Source: Patescibacteria group bacterium (lineage in GTDB: Bacteria; Patescibacteriota; Patescibacteriia; XYB2-FULL-38-15). Taken from it: 64,000 nucleotides of DNA. The stretch's first letter is position 1, and each line of letters begins with the position of its first letter. Of this stretch, positions 46,582 to 55,293 are shown piece after piece. A program made the translations under genes and the position numbers. Under the pieces are notes generated by a model. It was not told where the DNA came from, did no database searches, and worked only from the letters and a program-made list of their open reading frames with translations. The DNA lies in assembly GCA_041653675.1 (NCBI GenBank), contig JBAZEY010000001.1:98-64097 (forward strand), in the 5' to 3' direction.

Positions 46582-47679
46582 ATGAAAAAACCGGATTATG
46601 TTTTTATTGGAATCATCGGCGCGCTTTTAGTTTTTGGCTTGATGATCCTTTCTTCAGCAACTTCGCCGGTAGCTTATGAAAAATTCGGTGATAATTATTG
46701 GTATTTAAAACACCAAATTTTTTTTGGTTTATTGCCAGGGCTTCTCGCGTTTTTTTTAATGTCGCGTTTGGATTATAGAAAATGGAAAAAATACGCGTTG
46801 CCGTTTTTGGTTATTTCCATCGTGCTCCTGCTTTTGGTTTTTATTCCAGGACTCGGGGCTGGTTATGGAAAAGCTAGAAGCTGGATAAATGTTTTTGGAA
46901 TGTCGCTCCAGCCGTCAGAAATAGTTAAAATAACTTTTTTAATTTATCTTGCCGCCTGGCTTGGTCCGAAACGGGGCGGGCGAGATATGCAAGAGGTGGG
47001 TGCGAGCTTTATTCCCTTTGCGATAGTTTTTGGAATTATTGCTCTCTTGATGGTTTTACAACCAGATATTGGGACGCTTTCTATTATCGCGATAATTTCA
47101 GTAATTGTTTATTTTTCTGCGGGAGCGCCGCTTTCACATCTCGGATGGATTTCCGGAGCCGGAGTGTTTTTGTTTTTTCTTTTGGTAAAATTTGCTCCTT
47201 ATCGAACGGCGCGGTTGATGACTTTTTTGCATCCAGAACTTGACCCGCAGGGAGTTGGCTACCATATCAACCAGGCGCTTTTGGCGATCGGCTCGGGCGG
47301 ATTTTTTGGATTGGGTCTCGGTCTTTCACGGCAAAAATTTCAATATTTGCCCGAAGTCGCTGGCGATTCAATTTTTGCTGTCATGGCGGAAGAGCTGGGT
47401 TTTATTTTTATGATTTTATTTATCGCGGCGTTGGTGGGCTTAGCAATCCGCGGATTTAAAATCGCCAAAAATGCTCCGGACGGTTTTGGCCGCTTGCTCG
47501 CCGTTGGCATCACGAGCTGGTTTGTTCTGCAGTCATTTATAAATATTGGAGCCATGATTGGGATTTTGCCTTTGACTGGAATTCCTTTGCCTTTTGTAAG
47601 TTACGGTGGCACGGCTCTTACGGTTTGTCTTGCCGCGGCGGGAATAATGGCAAACATTTCAAAATATTCTAGAGAATAA
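46582..47679 (+). CDS. ftsW: SEDS-family peptidoglycan glycosyltransferase (FtsW/RodA)
   Basis: 10-TM protein with SEDS motifs (IQPSEIVKITFLIYLA; PLPFVSYGGTALT); between mraY and murG. Confidence 0.8.
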   Translation: MKKPDYVFIGIIGALLVFGLMILSSATSPVAYEKFGDNYWYLKHQIFFGLLPGLLAFFLMSRLDYRKWKKYALPFLVISIVLLLLVFIPGLGAGYGKARSWINVFGMSLQPSEIVKITFLIYLAAWLGPKRGGRDMQEVGASFIPFAIVFGIIALLMVLQPDIGTLSIIAIISVIVYFSAGAPLSHLGWISGAGVFLFFLLVKFAPYRTARLMTFLHPELDPQGVGYHINQALLAIGSGGFFGLGLGLSRQKFQYLPEVAGDSIFAVMAEELGFIFMILFIAALVGLAIRGFKIAKNAPDGFGRLLAVGITSWFVLQSFINIGAMIGILPLTGIPLPFVSYGGTALTVCLAAAGIMANISKYSRE

Positions 47680-47683
47680 TTTT

Positions 47684-48754
47684 ATGAAAATAATCTTGAC
47701 GGGCGGAGGGACAATGGGATCGGTGACGCCGCTACTGGCCGTGGCCGAGGAATTAAAAAAACGCGAATCTGGCGCGGAGTTTTTGTGGATTGGGACAAAA
47801 AATGGTCCGGAGAAAAAAATGGTCGAATTATCTAGCATTAAATTTATGAGCGTGCCGGCAGGGAAGCTACGCCGATATTTTTCCGGTTGGAATTTTTTAA
47901 TGCCATTTGTACTCGCGGCAGGATTTTTTAAATCGCTCTGGCTGATTTTTAGATTCAAACCGCAGATGATTTTGTCGGCCGGGGGATTTGTCGCCGTGCC
48001 CGTGATTTGGGCGGGATGGATTTTACGCGTGCCAAGTTTGGTTCATCAGGAAGATTTGCGGCCGGGTTTGGCGAATAAACTTACGGCGCGATTTGCAAAA
48101 ATTATTACAGTAACATTTCTAGAATCTTTAAAATATTTCCCCCGCGCCATTGTGACGGGAAATCCGGTGCGTGCGGAAATTTTTTCCGGGAACAAAGATC
48201 GCGCCGCAGAAATTTTTAATTTAGAAAAAAATCTTCCGGTAATTTTAATCTTAGGAGGAGGGACGGGTGCGCTTGGATTAAATAAAATTGTTGTGGCTGC
48301 CGCGCTTCGTCTCACTGAATTTTGTCAAGTTATTCATATGACCGGAGGAAGAGTTGATGCGTCGCTGAAATCGGAGATCGAAACAATAAAAAGAGAAACG
48401 CCGTATTACCATTCAGTAGAATTTTTAATGGAAGATTATTCCAATACCCTTGCCGCGGCGGATCTTGTTATTTCCCGCGCCGGCATGGGGACGCTTACGG
48501 AGCTCGCGTTGCTCGGCAAATCGACGGTTTTAATTCCGATTTCTGGCAGTCACCAAGAAGACAATGCTTATTATTTTAAAAAACAAAACGCTGTTGTTTT
48601 TTGGGATGAAAAAAATTTGACGCCAGAAAACTTTTCTTCGGCGATTGGTGAGTTATTGAATAATAAAGTGGAATTAGAGAATTTAGGCAGAAATATTAAA
48701 GAGATAATGTCTGCCGATGCGGCACAAAGGATCGCTGACGAAATTTTGAGATAA
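47684..48754 (+). CDS. murG: UDP-N-acetylglucosamine--N-acetylmuramyl-(pentapeptide) pyrophosphoryl-undecaprenol GlcNAc transferase
   Basis: MKIILTGGGTMGSVTPLLAVAEEL; GT28 N- and C-domains. Confidence 0.85.
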   Translation: MKIILTGGGTMGSVTPLLAVAEELKKRESGAEFLWIGTKNGPEKKMVELSSIKFMSVPAGKLRRYFSGWNFLMPFVLAAGFFKSLWLIFRFKPQMILSAGGFVAVPVIWAGWILRVPSLVHQEDLRPGLANKLTARFAKIITVTFLESLKYFPRAIVTGNPVRAEIFSGNKDRAAEIFNLEKNLPVILILGGGTGALGLNKIVVAAALRLTEFCQVIHMTGGRVDASLKSEIETIKRETPYYHSVEFLMEDYSNTLAAADLVISRAGMGTLTELALLGKSTVLIPISGSHQEDNAYYFKKQNAVVFWDEKNLTPENFSSAIGELLNNKVELENLGRNIKEIMSADAAQRIADEILR

Positions 48755-48760
48755 AAAAAA

Positions 48761-48810
48761 CAAGGACAGAATTTTTTAAACCCTTCCTCCTCGGGAGGGT
48801 TTTCTGTCCT
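48761..48810. terminator. Bidirectional nested-hairpin terminator (aaggacagaa ... cctcc tcg ggagg ... ttctgtcctt)
   Basis: 10-bp outer stem enclosing a GC inner hairpin, between convergent murG and the GGDEF gene. Confidence 0.6.
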
Positions 48811-48819
48811 TGATGCGTA

Positions 48820-49467
48820 CTATCGCTTGTCGGCGACCACACAGTTGCGTCCCGCGCATTTGGCCTCGTAAAGCGCCCTGTCGGCCTCTTCGAGTCCTTC
48901 TTTGGTTTTTGCCTCAGTCACGCCGAGACTGATCGTCACCGAGAAAGTCGATTTGCCGAAGGAAAAGGGCACTGCCGCCACAGCCTTGCGGAGCCGTTCG
49001 GCGACCAAAGCCGCGTTCTCTGGAGTTGCTCCCCGGAGAATGATGACGAATTCGTCCCCACCCATTCGTCCGATCACGTCATACGGGCGAAGAGCTGTGC
49101 GGAAACGTCTGATGATCTCCTTTAGGATCTCATCTCCGGCCGGGTGTCCGTATGTGTCGTTGATTCCCTTGAAGATGTCGACGTCAATTGCGATCACGCT
49201 AAGTGGTGAAGTGAAGCGTTTGGAGAAAGCGAGCTCATTTACAACTGCTAACTCGACTCCGGCGCGATTCAGCGCACCGGTCAAGGGATCGACCCTAGCC
49301 AATTCTTGCAGTTCGTCATTCTTGGCGGTGAGCCTCACAATTTCTGCCCCGAGAGCCCTGATCCGCGTTTCGCTGTCTGCCCGCTCCTCGTAGGCCGCCG
49401 CGAGCGCGATCCGTAGTTGTCGCACGGGAAGATCTCGCACCTTCTTGGAAACCCGCCTTTTTGCCAT
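48820..49467 (-). CDS. Stand-alone GGDEF-domain diguanylate cyclase with N-terminal coiled-coil segment
   Basis: RMGGDEFVIIL active-site motif with conserved upstream DxD (AIDVDIFKGINDTYGHPAGDEIL). GC about 57%. Strong SD GAAGGAGG-tttc-ATG. Confidence 0.75.
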   Translation of the reverse strand: MAKRRVSKKVRDLPVRQLRIALAAAYEERADSETRIRALGAEIVRLTAKNDELQELARVDPLTGALNRAGVELAVVNELAFSKRFTSPLSVIAIDVDIFKGINDTYGHPAGDEILKEIIRRFRTALRPYDVIGRMGGDEFVIILRGATPENAALVAERLRKAVAAVPFSFGKSTFSVTISLGVTEAKTKEGLEEADRALYEAKCAGRNCVVADKR

Positions 49468-49562
49468 GGAAACCTCCTTCTGTGATCCGGAGAGTTGTTA
49501 TCTATCGCGACCTTAGATTTTATGTTAAAACGTCAATTTTGTCAAGACTGAAAAATATAACA

Positions 49563-49588
49563 AAAAACCTTCGTTTGAAGGTTTTTAT
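49563..49588. terminator. Bidirectional terminator (aaccttc gtttg aaggtt with flanking A/T runs)
   Basis: Perfect 7-bp stem; A6 before, T5 after. Confidence 0.55.
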
Positions 49589-49602
49589 AAAACTATAGAA
49601 AT

Positions 49603-49625
49603 AAAAAATGACCCGGCTGGGGCTC
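49603..49625. repeat. Direct repeat of the tRNA-Lys 3' end plus flank (aaaaaatgacccggctggggctc)
   Basis: Identical 23-mer at 49813-49835, which overlaps the 3' acceptor/T-arm of tRNA-Lys; the two copies are 210 bp apart. Confidence 0.65.
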
Positions 49626-49755
49626 TCACTGCTCGTTCGCTTTTGCTCTCTGCGCTTTAAAACCCATCGGTTTTAATATTTCCGCAAATCAGGAAACTCC
49701 CGTTTCCCGACCCCTTCCCTATTCGAGCCCAGCCAAAAATTAGCAAATACTGCGT

Positions 49756-49819
49756 GTTATCATCGCTCGTTCGGAAATGAAATAAATTTCATTTCTCTCG
49801 CTCGCTTGATAATAAAAAA
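49756..49819. repeat. ~65-bp hairpin repeat, copy R2
   Basis: tgttatcatcgctcgttcggaaatgaaataaatttcatttctctcgctcgcttgataataaaaaat. It abuts the 3' end of tRNA-Lys and lies inside the 210-bp segment bounded by the tRNA-derived direct repeats. Confidence 0.6.
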
Positions 49820-49892
49820 TGACCCGGCTGGGGCTCGAACCCAGGACCCTCTGCTTAAAAGGCAGATGCTCTACCAGCTGAGCTACCGGGTC
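49820..49892 (-). tRNA. tRNA-Lys (anticodon UUU)
   Basis: Minus-strand GACCCGGUAGCUCAGCUGGUAGAGCAUCUGCCUUUUAAGCAGAGGGUCCUGGGUUCGAGCCCCAGCCGGGUCA. 7-bp acceptor, D/anticodon/T arms and T-loop UUCGAGC all form; 73 nt. Confidence 0.9.
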
Positions 49893-49993
49893 ATAATCAA
49901 ATTTTAAAAAAAGAACGAGGAAGTCGTTAATAGCCGTTTTAGTCTTAATTTGATATAATAATACCAAGGCATTTTATTTTTGGCAAGGGTTTT

Positions 49994-51136
49994 ATGAAAA
50001 TTGCCATGATCGGCCAAAAGGGCATCCCATTTATTCGGGACGGGGGAGTAGAGCGCCACGTGGAAGAACTATCAATTCGGCTTGTCGCGGGGGGCCACGA
50101 GGTTTACGCTTATGTTCGACCCCGGTTTATTATAAATGGTCAAAAAAATTATAAGGGCGTCCAGCTGATTTCCCTTCCCTCAATTCCCACGAAGAACCTG
50201 GATACCATTACCCATACTTTTTTGGCGACAATAAATGTTCTTTTCAAAAAAGTTGATGTTATTCATTATCACGGCGTCGGTCCATCAACCTTGGCCTGGA
50301 TCCCCAGAATTTTTAAACCGCGCGCGAAAATTGTCGTGACATTTCATAGTATTGATCGATTTCATAAAAAATGGGGACAGTTCGCCAGATTTTATCTTAG
50401 CTGGGGTGAGTGGACAGCGGTTCACTTCGCGCATAAAACTATCGCCGTCTCAGAATCCATAAAAAAATATTGTAAAGATAAATTTAAAAAAGACGTAGTT
50501 TATATACCGAATGGTGTTATGGCAGAAAAAATTAGCGGGACGGAAGAAATAAAAAAATTAGGTTTAGAAAAAAATTCTTATATTTTAACGGTGGCGCGGC
50601 TTATCAAACACAAGGGGATTCATTATTTAATTCAGGCTTATCGTAAAATAGAGAAAACTTTTGGCGATGATCCAAAAAATTGGCCCGGTGGAAAAATAAA
50701 AAAATTGGTGATTGTTGGGGCGCCGAGTTTTACGGACGATTACTCCGCTTATTTGAATAAACTTGCCGAGCAAAGTCCAAATATTATTTTTACCGGATTT
50801 CAAACGGGCGAACCCTTAAAACAACTTTTTGCAAACACCTATCTTTATGTTCACCCTTCTGAAGCCGAGGGACTTTCCATTACAATTTTGGAGGCAATGT
50901 CTTACGGAACATGCGTTTTAATCAGCAACATCCCGGAAAATTTAGAAACAATTGACCATTCGGGATTTTCTTTTGAGACAAAAAATATTGATGATCTTTA
51001 TGAAAAATTAATTTATCTTCTTAACGTTCCGGAAATTGTAACGGTGCGGGGTGAGCGAGGAAAAGAATTTATTAAGAAAAATTTTAATTGGGAGAAAATT
51101 GTCGAGGAAACGGAAAGGGTTTATAAAATTAAATAA
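49994..51136 (+). CDS. Family 4 glycosyltransferase (GT-B)
   Basis: EAEGLSITILEAMSYGTCVLISNIPEN motif; preceded by a TATAAT-like gatataat. Confidence 0.7.
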   Translation: MKIAMIGQKGIPFIRDGGVERHVEELSIRLVAGGHEVYAYVRPRFIINGQKNYKGVQLISLPSIPTKNLDTITHTFLATINVLFKKVDVIHYHGVGPSTLAWIPRIFKPRAKIVVTFHSIDRFHKKWGQFARFYLSWGEWTAVHFAHKTIAVSESIKKYCKDKFKKDVVYIPNGVMAEKISGTEEIKKLGLEKNSYILTVARLIKHKGIHYLIQAYRKIEKTFGDDPKNWPGGKIKKLVIVGAPSFTDDYSAYLNKLAEQSPNIIFTGFQTGEPLKQLFANTYLYVHPSEAEGLSITILEAMSYGTCVLISNIPENLETIDHSGFSFETKNIDDLYEKLIYLLNVPEIVTVRGERGKEFIKKNFNWEKIVEETERVYKIK

Positions 51137-51154
51137 AGATTTTAAAAAATATTT

Positions 51155-52264
51155 ATGCACAATTCGTTTTCGCTCGGAAGAATAAAAAACATAGAAATAA
51201 AAATACACTTTTCCTGGTTTTTAATTTTATTCTTGATTGTTTGGTCGCTGGCTGATTTTTATTTCCCCGCAAACTATCCTGGCTGGACAGATACCGCCTA
51301 TTGGCTCTCCGGCGGAGTGGCAGCATTTTTACTTTTTGTATCGGTATTGCTACACGAACTTTCCCATTCGCTAGTGGGCAAAAGAAAAAATATTATTGTT
51401 AAGAGCATAACTTTGTTTGTTTTTGGCGGCGTGGCAGAAATGGTGAGCGAACCTAAAAAACCAGCCGACGAATTTGATATGGCGATCGCCGGACCGGTTG
51501 CGAGCGTTGTTTTAGCCGGTATTTTTTGGGGCATCGCGAGTTTTGAAATCGGCATCGCTGGCGCAGCCATTGCTAATTACCTTTTTTTGATCAATGGTAT
51601 TTTAGCAGTTTTTAATTTAGTACCCGCGTTCCCCTTGGATGGAGGGAGAGTTTTTCGTTCAGCGCTTTGGGCAAAATATAAAGACATCGAACGAGCCACT
51701 CGTCGGGCGGTAGGCGTAAGCCGTTTCATCGCTTTTCTCTTTACTCTTTGGGGGATAAAAATGCTTCTTGAAAATAATTTTTTGAGCGGGATTTGGATAA
51801 TTTTGATTAGTTGGTTTTTACTCCAGGCGGCCGGATCAAGTTTAAGGCAGCAGAGGATGGAAGAGGTGCTTTCGCGTTTCAATATTGGGCATATCATGGA
51901 AAAAGATTTTAAGAGTGTTACGTCCGATACATTGCTTAAAGATTTAGCTAAAGCATTTCTGGATTATAAACAAGGAGGTTTTCCCGTTGAGGAAAACGAT
52001 CACTTAATTGGTATTGTTACGATTGAAGATTTGAGGCGAACGCCTCGGACAAAGTGGTCGAAAATTAAAGTGGGGGAAATAATGACTGGAGCGGAAAAAC
52101 TTTTAACGCTTCGGCCGGACGACACGGCCTACGATGCCTTCTTGAAAATGGCTAGTAACGAGTTTGGCCGTTTGCCGGTTGTGGAAAACAATAAAGTGGT
52201 TGGGCTCGTGACCAGAAATTCTATTATTTTACTTTTGGCCGTGAAGTGTGATAAATGCGTTTAA
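51155..52264 (+). CDS. M50-family site-2-protease-like zinc metalloprotease with C-terminal CBS domain pair
   Basis: HELSHSLV (HExxH) in a TM helix, a second ligand motif in PLDGGRV, then two CBS repeats (HLIGIVTIEDL; VVGLVTRNSI). Confidence 0.75.
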   Translation: MHNSFSLGRIKNIEIKIHFSWFLILFLIVWSLADFYFPANYPGWTDTAYWLSGGVAAFLLFVSVLLHELSHSLVGKRKNIIVKSITLFVFGGVAEMVSEPKKPADEFDMAIAGPVASVVLAGIFWGIASFEIGIAGAAIANYLFLINGILAVFNLVPAFPLDGGRVFRSALWAKYKDIERATRRAVGVSRFIAFLFTLWGIKMLLENNFLSGIWIILISWFLLQAAGSSLRQQRMEEVLSRFNIGHIMEKDFKSVTSDTLLKDLAKAFLDYKQGGFPVEENDHLIGIVTIEDLRRTPRTKWSKIKVGEIMTGAEKLLTLRPDDTAYDAFLKMASNEFGRLPVVENNKVVGLVTRNSIILLLAVKCDKCV

Positions 52265-52278
52265 AATTTAAAATAAAT

Positions 52279-52851
52279 ATGACTAATCAAAAATTATTTC
52301 AACAGTTAAAAAAAGATTTTGAATTTTACGGAGAAGAAAGAAGAAAGTTAATCGGTGTTTCTAATGAAGCACTGATGAGGGCGAAGCAGGCGATTTTTGC
52401 TTTTCACAGAGATGACTTAAAAGGTGGCAACGCGCTGCTCGCCGAAGTGGAAAAGATTTTTCAAGATTTGGAAAAGAAATTTAAACAAGAGCCGGAGTTG
52501 CGCTACGAAGGAGCGTATCATGCGGCGCTTGAAGAATACGTGGAAGCAAAATTTTTTGGAAGATTTTTGGAAGATGGGAAAATAGATTTTATAAAAGGGA
52601 TGGAAATTGACGCCGATAGTTACCTGGGTGGTCTCTGCGATTTTACCGGGGAACTTGTTCGAAAGGCAGTTCTCGCGGCTACGGATAAAAAATTTAAAAA
52701 AGTTGAAGAGTTTGTGGCCGGCGTCCGCGATGTTATCGGAGAATTAATTAAAATGAATTTGACCGGGTATTTGCGGACAAAGTATGATCAGGCCAAACAG
52801 AATTTACGGCGGGCGGAGGAAGTTTTGTATGATGTAAAAATGAGGGAGTAA
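52279..52851 (+). CDS. Hypothetical all-alpha protein (about 190 aa)
   Basis: ORF overlaps the end of the M50 gene. The internal ATG at 52279 (MTNQKL) is preferred over the track start 52255. No confident family assignment. Confidence 0.35.
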   Translation: MTNQKLFQQLKKDFEFYGEERRKLIGVSNEALMRAKQAIFAFHRDDLKGGNALLAEVEKIFQDLEKKFKQEPELRYEGAYHAALEEYVEAKFFGRFLEDGKIDFIKGMEIDADSYLGGLCDFTGELVRKAVLAATDKKFKKVEEFVAGVRDVIGELIKMNLTGYLRTKYDQAKQNLRRAEEVLYDVKMRE

Positions 52852-52874
52852 AAGTATAAAGAGATTCTAAACAT

Positions 52875-53288
52875 ATGCCGAAAGAAGTTTCCGCCGGCGC
52901 CGTAATTTTTAGGCGAGACGGCGAAATAAAATATTTGCTTTTGCGTTATGAATCCGGACATTGGGATTTTCCCCGAGGAGCGATTGAGCTCGGGGAAAAA
53001 GAAGAAGAAACGGTCGTGCGCGAAGCAAAAGAAGAAACAGGAATTGCTGATCTGATTTTTCTCCCCAATTTTAGGGAGAAAATTTTTTGGTTTTATAAAA
53101 AGGAGGGGAGAACAATTTATAAAGAAGCGATTTTTTATTTAGCTGAGACAAAAACTCGTGAAGTAAAACTTTCCGATGAGCATATTGATTTTAGGTGGTT
53201 GCCTTACGCGGAGGCGATGGAACAAATTACTTTTCTAAATGGAAAAAAGGTTTTAGAGAAAGCAAATGAGTTTTTGTTAAAATTATAA
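52875..53288 (+). CDS. NUDIX hydrolase
   Basis: Nudix box GAIELGEKEEETVVREAKEETGI. Confidence 0.75.
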   Translation: MPKEVSAGAVIFRRDGEIKYLLLRYESGHWDFPRGAIELGEKEEETVVREAKEETGIADLIFLPNFREKIFWFYKKEGRTIYKEAIFYLAETKTREVKLSDEHIDFRWLPYAEAMEQITFLNGKKVLEKANEFLLKL

Positions 53289-53291
53289 ATT

Positions 53292-53429
53292 ATGCCCCGT
53301 AGTGAAATTTCGACGGCGCCTTTCGGCGCAGCGTTAAAAGACGACAGAGGACGTTGGAGTTTGCTATGTGGTATAAACCGAGCAACTGACTCGGATATTT
53401 AATAAGTCGAAATTCTACTACGGGGTATG
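53292..53429 (+). promoter_or_regulatory. Structured 5' leader element, copy B (~138 nt), starting ATGCCCCGTAGTGAAA and ending CTACGGGGTATG, the ATG being the start of the downstream membrane-protein gene
   Basis: Ends pair as CCCCGUAGU + AAUUUCGAC / GUCGAAAUU + ACUACGGGG. Relative to copy A the stem carries compensatory changes (AACUUC/GAAGUU versus AAUUUCGAC/GUCGAAAUU). An internal extended -10-like TGgTATAAA lies at 53369. Confidence 0.55.
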
Positions 53430-53930
53430 TTTGGAATAAATTACGCCGAAATATTTAAAAGTTTTCCTCCCGAGGCGGCAACAGCCTTAATTGCCATGAT
53501 CCCGATCGCTGAACTGCGCGTGGCAATGCCGGTTGCGCTTTTAGTTTATAAAATGTCTTTTTGGTCGGCGATGCTTTGGTCGGTACTCGGAAATATGCTG
53601 CCGATTTTTTTGATTGTTTTTCTTCTGCGCCCGGCCGCGGATTTTTTAATGAAGCATTGGGGGCTGGCGAAAAGATTTTTTGATTGGTGGTTTACTCGCG
53701 TGCGCAAAAAATTTGAGGGAGGAATTTTAAAATATGGAATAAATTTGGCGCTTGTAGTTTTTGTTGCGATTCCTCTGCCTTTGACCGGCGCCTGGTCCGG
53801 AGCCGTGGCTGCATATCTATTTGGCATTCCGCCGCGGCGCGCCTTGATTTTAATCACGATTGGCGTTATAATAGCGGGAATTATTGTTGGGTTAATAACT
53901 GGCGGTGGCATTTATTTATTTAAAACATGA
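53427..53930 (+). CDS. Small polytopic membrane protein, COG2426 / putative small multidrug-export-like family
   Basis: IPIAELRVAMPVALLVYKMSFWSAMLWSVLGNMLPIFLIVFLL pattern of the Sm_multidrug_ex-like family; 4 TM. Confidence 0.45.
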   Translation: MFGINYAEIFKSFPPEAATALIAMIPIAELRVAMPVALLVYKMSFWSAMLWSVLGNMLPIFLIVFLLRPAADFLMKHWGLAKRFFDWWFTRVRKKFEGGILKYGINLALVVFVAIPLPLTGAWSGAVAAYLFGIPPRRALILITIGVIIAGIIVGLITGGGIYLFKT

Positions 53931-55267
53931 TTAATTTTCGCGATAAAAAAATAACCGTAATGGGGCTTGGCCTTTTGGGTCGGGGAGTTGGTGTTGTAAA
54001 ATTTTTAGTTGGAAAAGGCGCGAAGGTGACCGTGACGGATTTAAAGAGCGCAAAAGATTTAGCGCCGTCAGTTCATGAAATAAAAAAGTTTTTAAAGAAT
54101 AGAAAAGGTGCGTATCCGGTAAAATTTATTTTAGGCAAACATCGGTTAGAAGATTTTCGTGGTGTTGACATGGTTTTTAAAGCCGCGGGCGTGCCGCTGG
54201 ATTCAGTGTATATAGCAGAGGCGAAAAAAAATGGCGTGCCGGTTTTTATGGATGATGCGTTATTCGGCCGCGAGGCAGAGTGCAAAATAATTGGCATTAC
54301 CGGAACACGCGGGAAAACAACGACTTCAAGTTTAATTTATGAAATTGCTAGGGCAACTGATAAAAAAACATATTTTGGCGGAAACGTCCGGGGAATGGCC
54401 ACACTTCCGTTTTTGGAAAAAGTTAAAAAAAATGACCTTGTGGTTTTGGAACTTTCAAGCTGGCAACTTCAGGGCTGGCGAGATTTAAAAATCAGTCCGC
54501 AAATTTCCGTTGTGACAAATATCTATCCCGACCATCAGAATTATTATAAAAACAGCATGGCAAAATATATTCACGACAAAGAAGCGATTTTTGCCAATCA
54601 GAAAAAAAATGATTTTTTGGTTTTGAATAAAAATTGCGCGTGGTGTCAAAAAATGGTAAGGCGAGCTCCGGGAAAAATAATTTGGTTTTCCGCAAACGAT
54701 GTTCCTCGTGGATGGAATTTAAAAATTTTAGGTGAGCATAATTTAGAAAATATTTCTGCGGCCATGGCTGTCGGAAAAATTTTAGGATTACCCATGGCGC
54801 GGATTAAAAAAGCCGTGGAAAATTTTCGCGGTGTGCCTGGCCGATTGGAATTTGTGCGCGAAGTTCATGGTGTGAAATATTATAATGATACGACATCAAC
54901 TATGCCCGAAGCGACGATTGCGGCGCTTCGCGCTCTCCGTGGAAAAAATATTATTTTGATCGCCGGTGGCGCGGACAAGAATTTGAATTTTAAAAATTTG
55001 GCGCCAGCGATTAAAAAATATACAAAAGCCGTTGTGCTTTTGTCCGGCACCGCGACACAAAAAATGCAGCAACAATTACGCGTTGTAAATTACAAGTTAC
55101 CGGTCACTCTTACGAAGAGTATGTCCGAAGCCGTTAAGACGGCGCGGAAATTCGCCACGCGCGGCGATGTAATTTTACTTTCTCCGGCCGCCGCGAGTTT
55201 CGGAATGTTTAAAAATGAGTTTGACAGGGGGGATCAATTTTTGAAGGAAGTGGAAAAATTAGCTTAA
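53927..55267 (+). CDS. murD: UDP-N-acetylmuramoylalanine--D-glutamate ligase
   Basis: N-terminal Rossmann VMGLGLLGRGVGVVKFL, Mur ligase P-loop IGITGTRGKTTTSS, and MurD-like C-domain. Confidence 0.75.
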   Translation: MINFRDKKITVMGLGLLGRGVGVVKFLVGKGAKVTVTDLKSAKDLAPSVHEIKKFLKNRKGAYPVKFILGKHRLEDFRGVDMVFKAAGVPLDSVYIAEAKKNGVPVFMDDALFGREAECKIIGITGTRGKTTTSSLIYEIARATDKKTYFGGNVRGMATLPFLEKVKKNDLVVLELSSWQLQGWRDLKISPQISVVTNIYPDHQNYYKNSMAKYIHDKEAIFANQKKNDFLVLNKNCAWCQKMVRRAPGKIIWFSANDVPRGWNLKILGEHNLENISAAMAVGKILGLPMARIKKAVENFRGVPGRLEFVREVHGVKYYNDTTSTMPEATIAALRALRGKNIILIAGGADKNLNFKNLAPAIKKYTKAVVLLSGTATQKMQQQLRVVNYKLPVTLTKSMSEAVKTARKFATRGDVILLSPAAASFGMFKNEFDRGDQFLKEVEKLA

Positions 55268-55293
55268 GCACTATCAATTATTTTTTTAATAAT

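Noticed and set aside
49608-49740. Second tRNA or pseudo-tRNA upstream of tRNA-Lys
   Set aside because: Only the 3' 17-23 nt of the tRNA are duplicated. No D-arm or anticodon arm can be folded, so it is treated as an att-like direct repeat rather than a gene.
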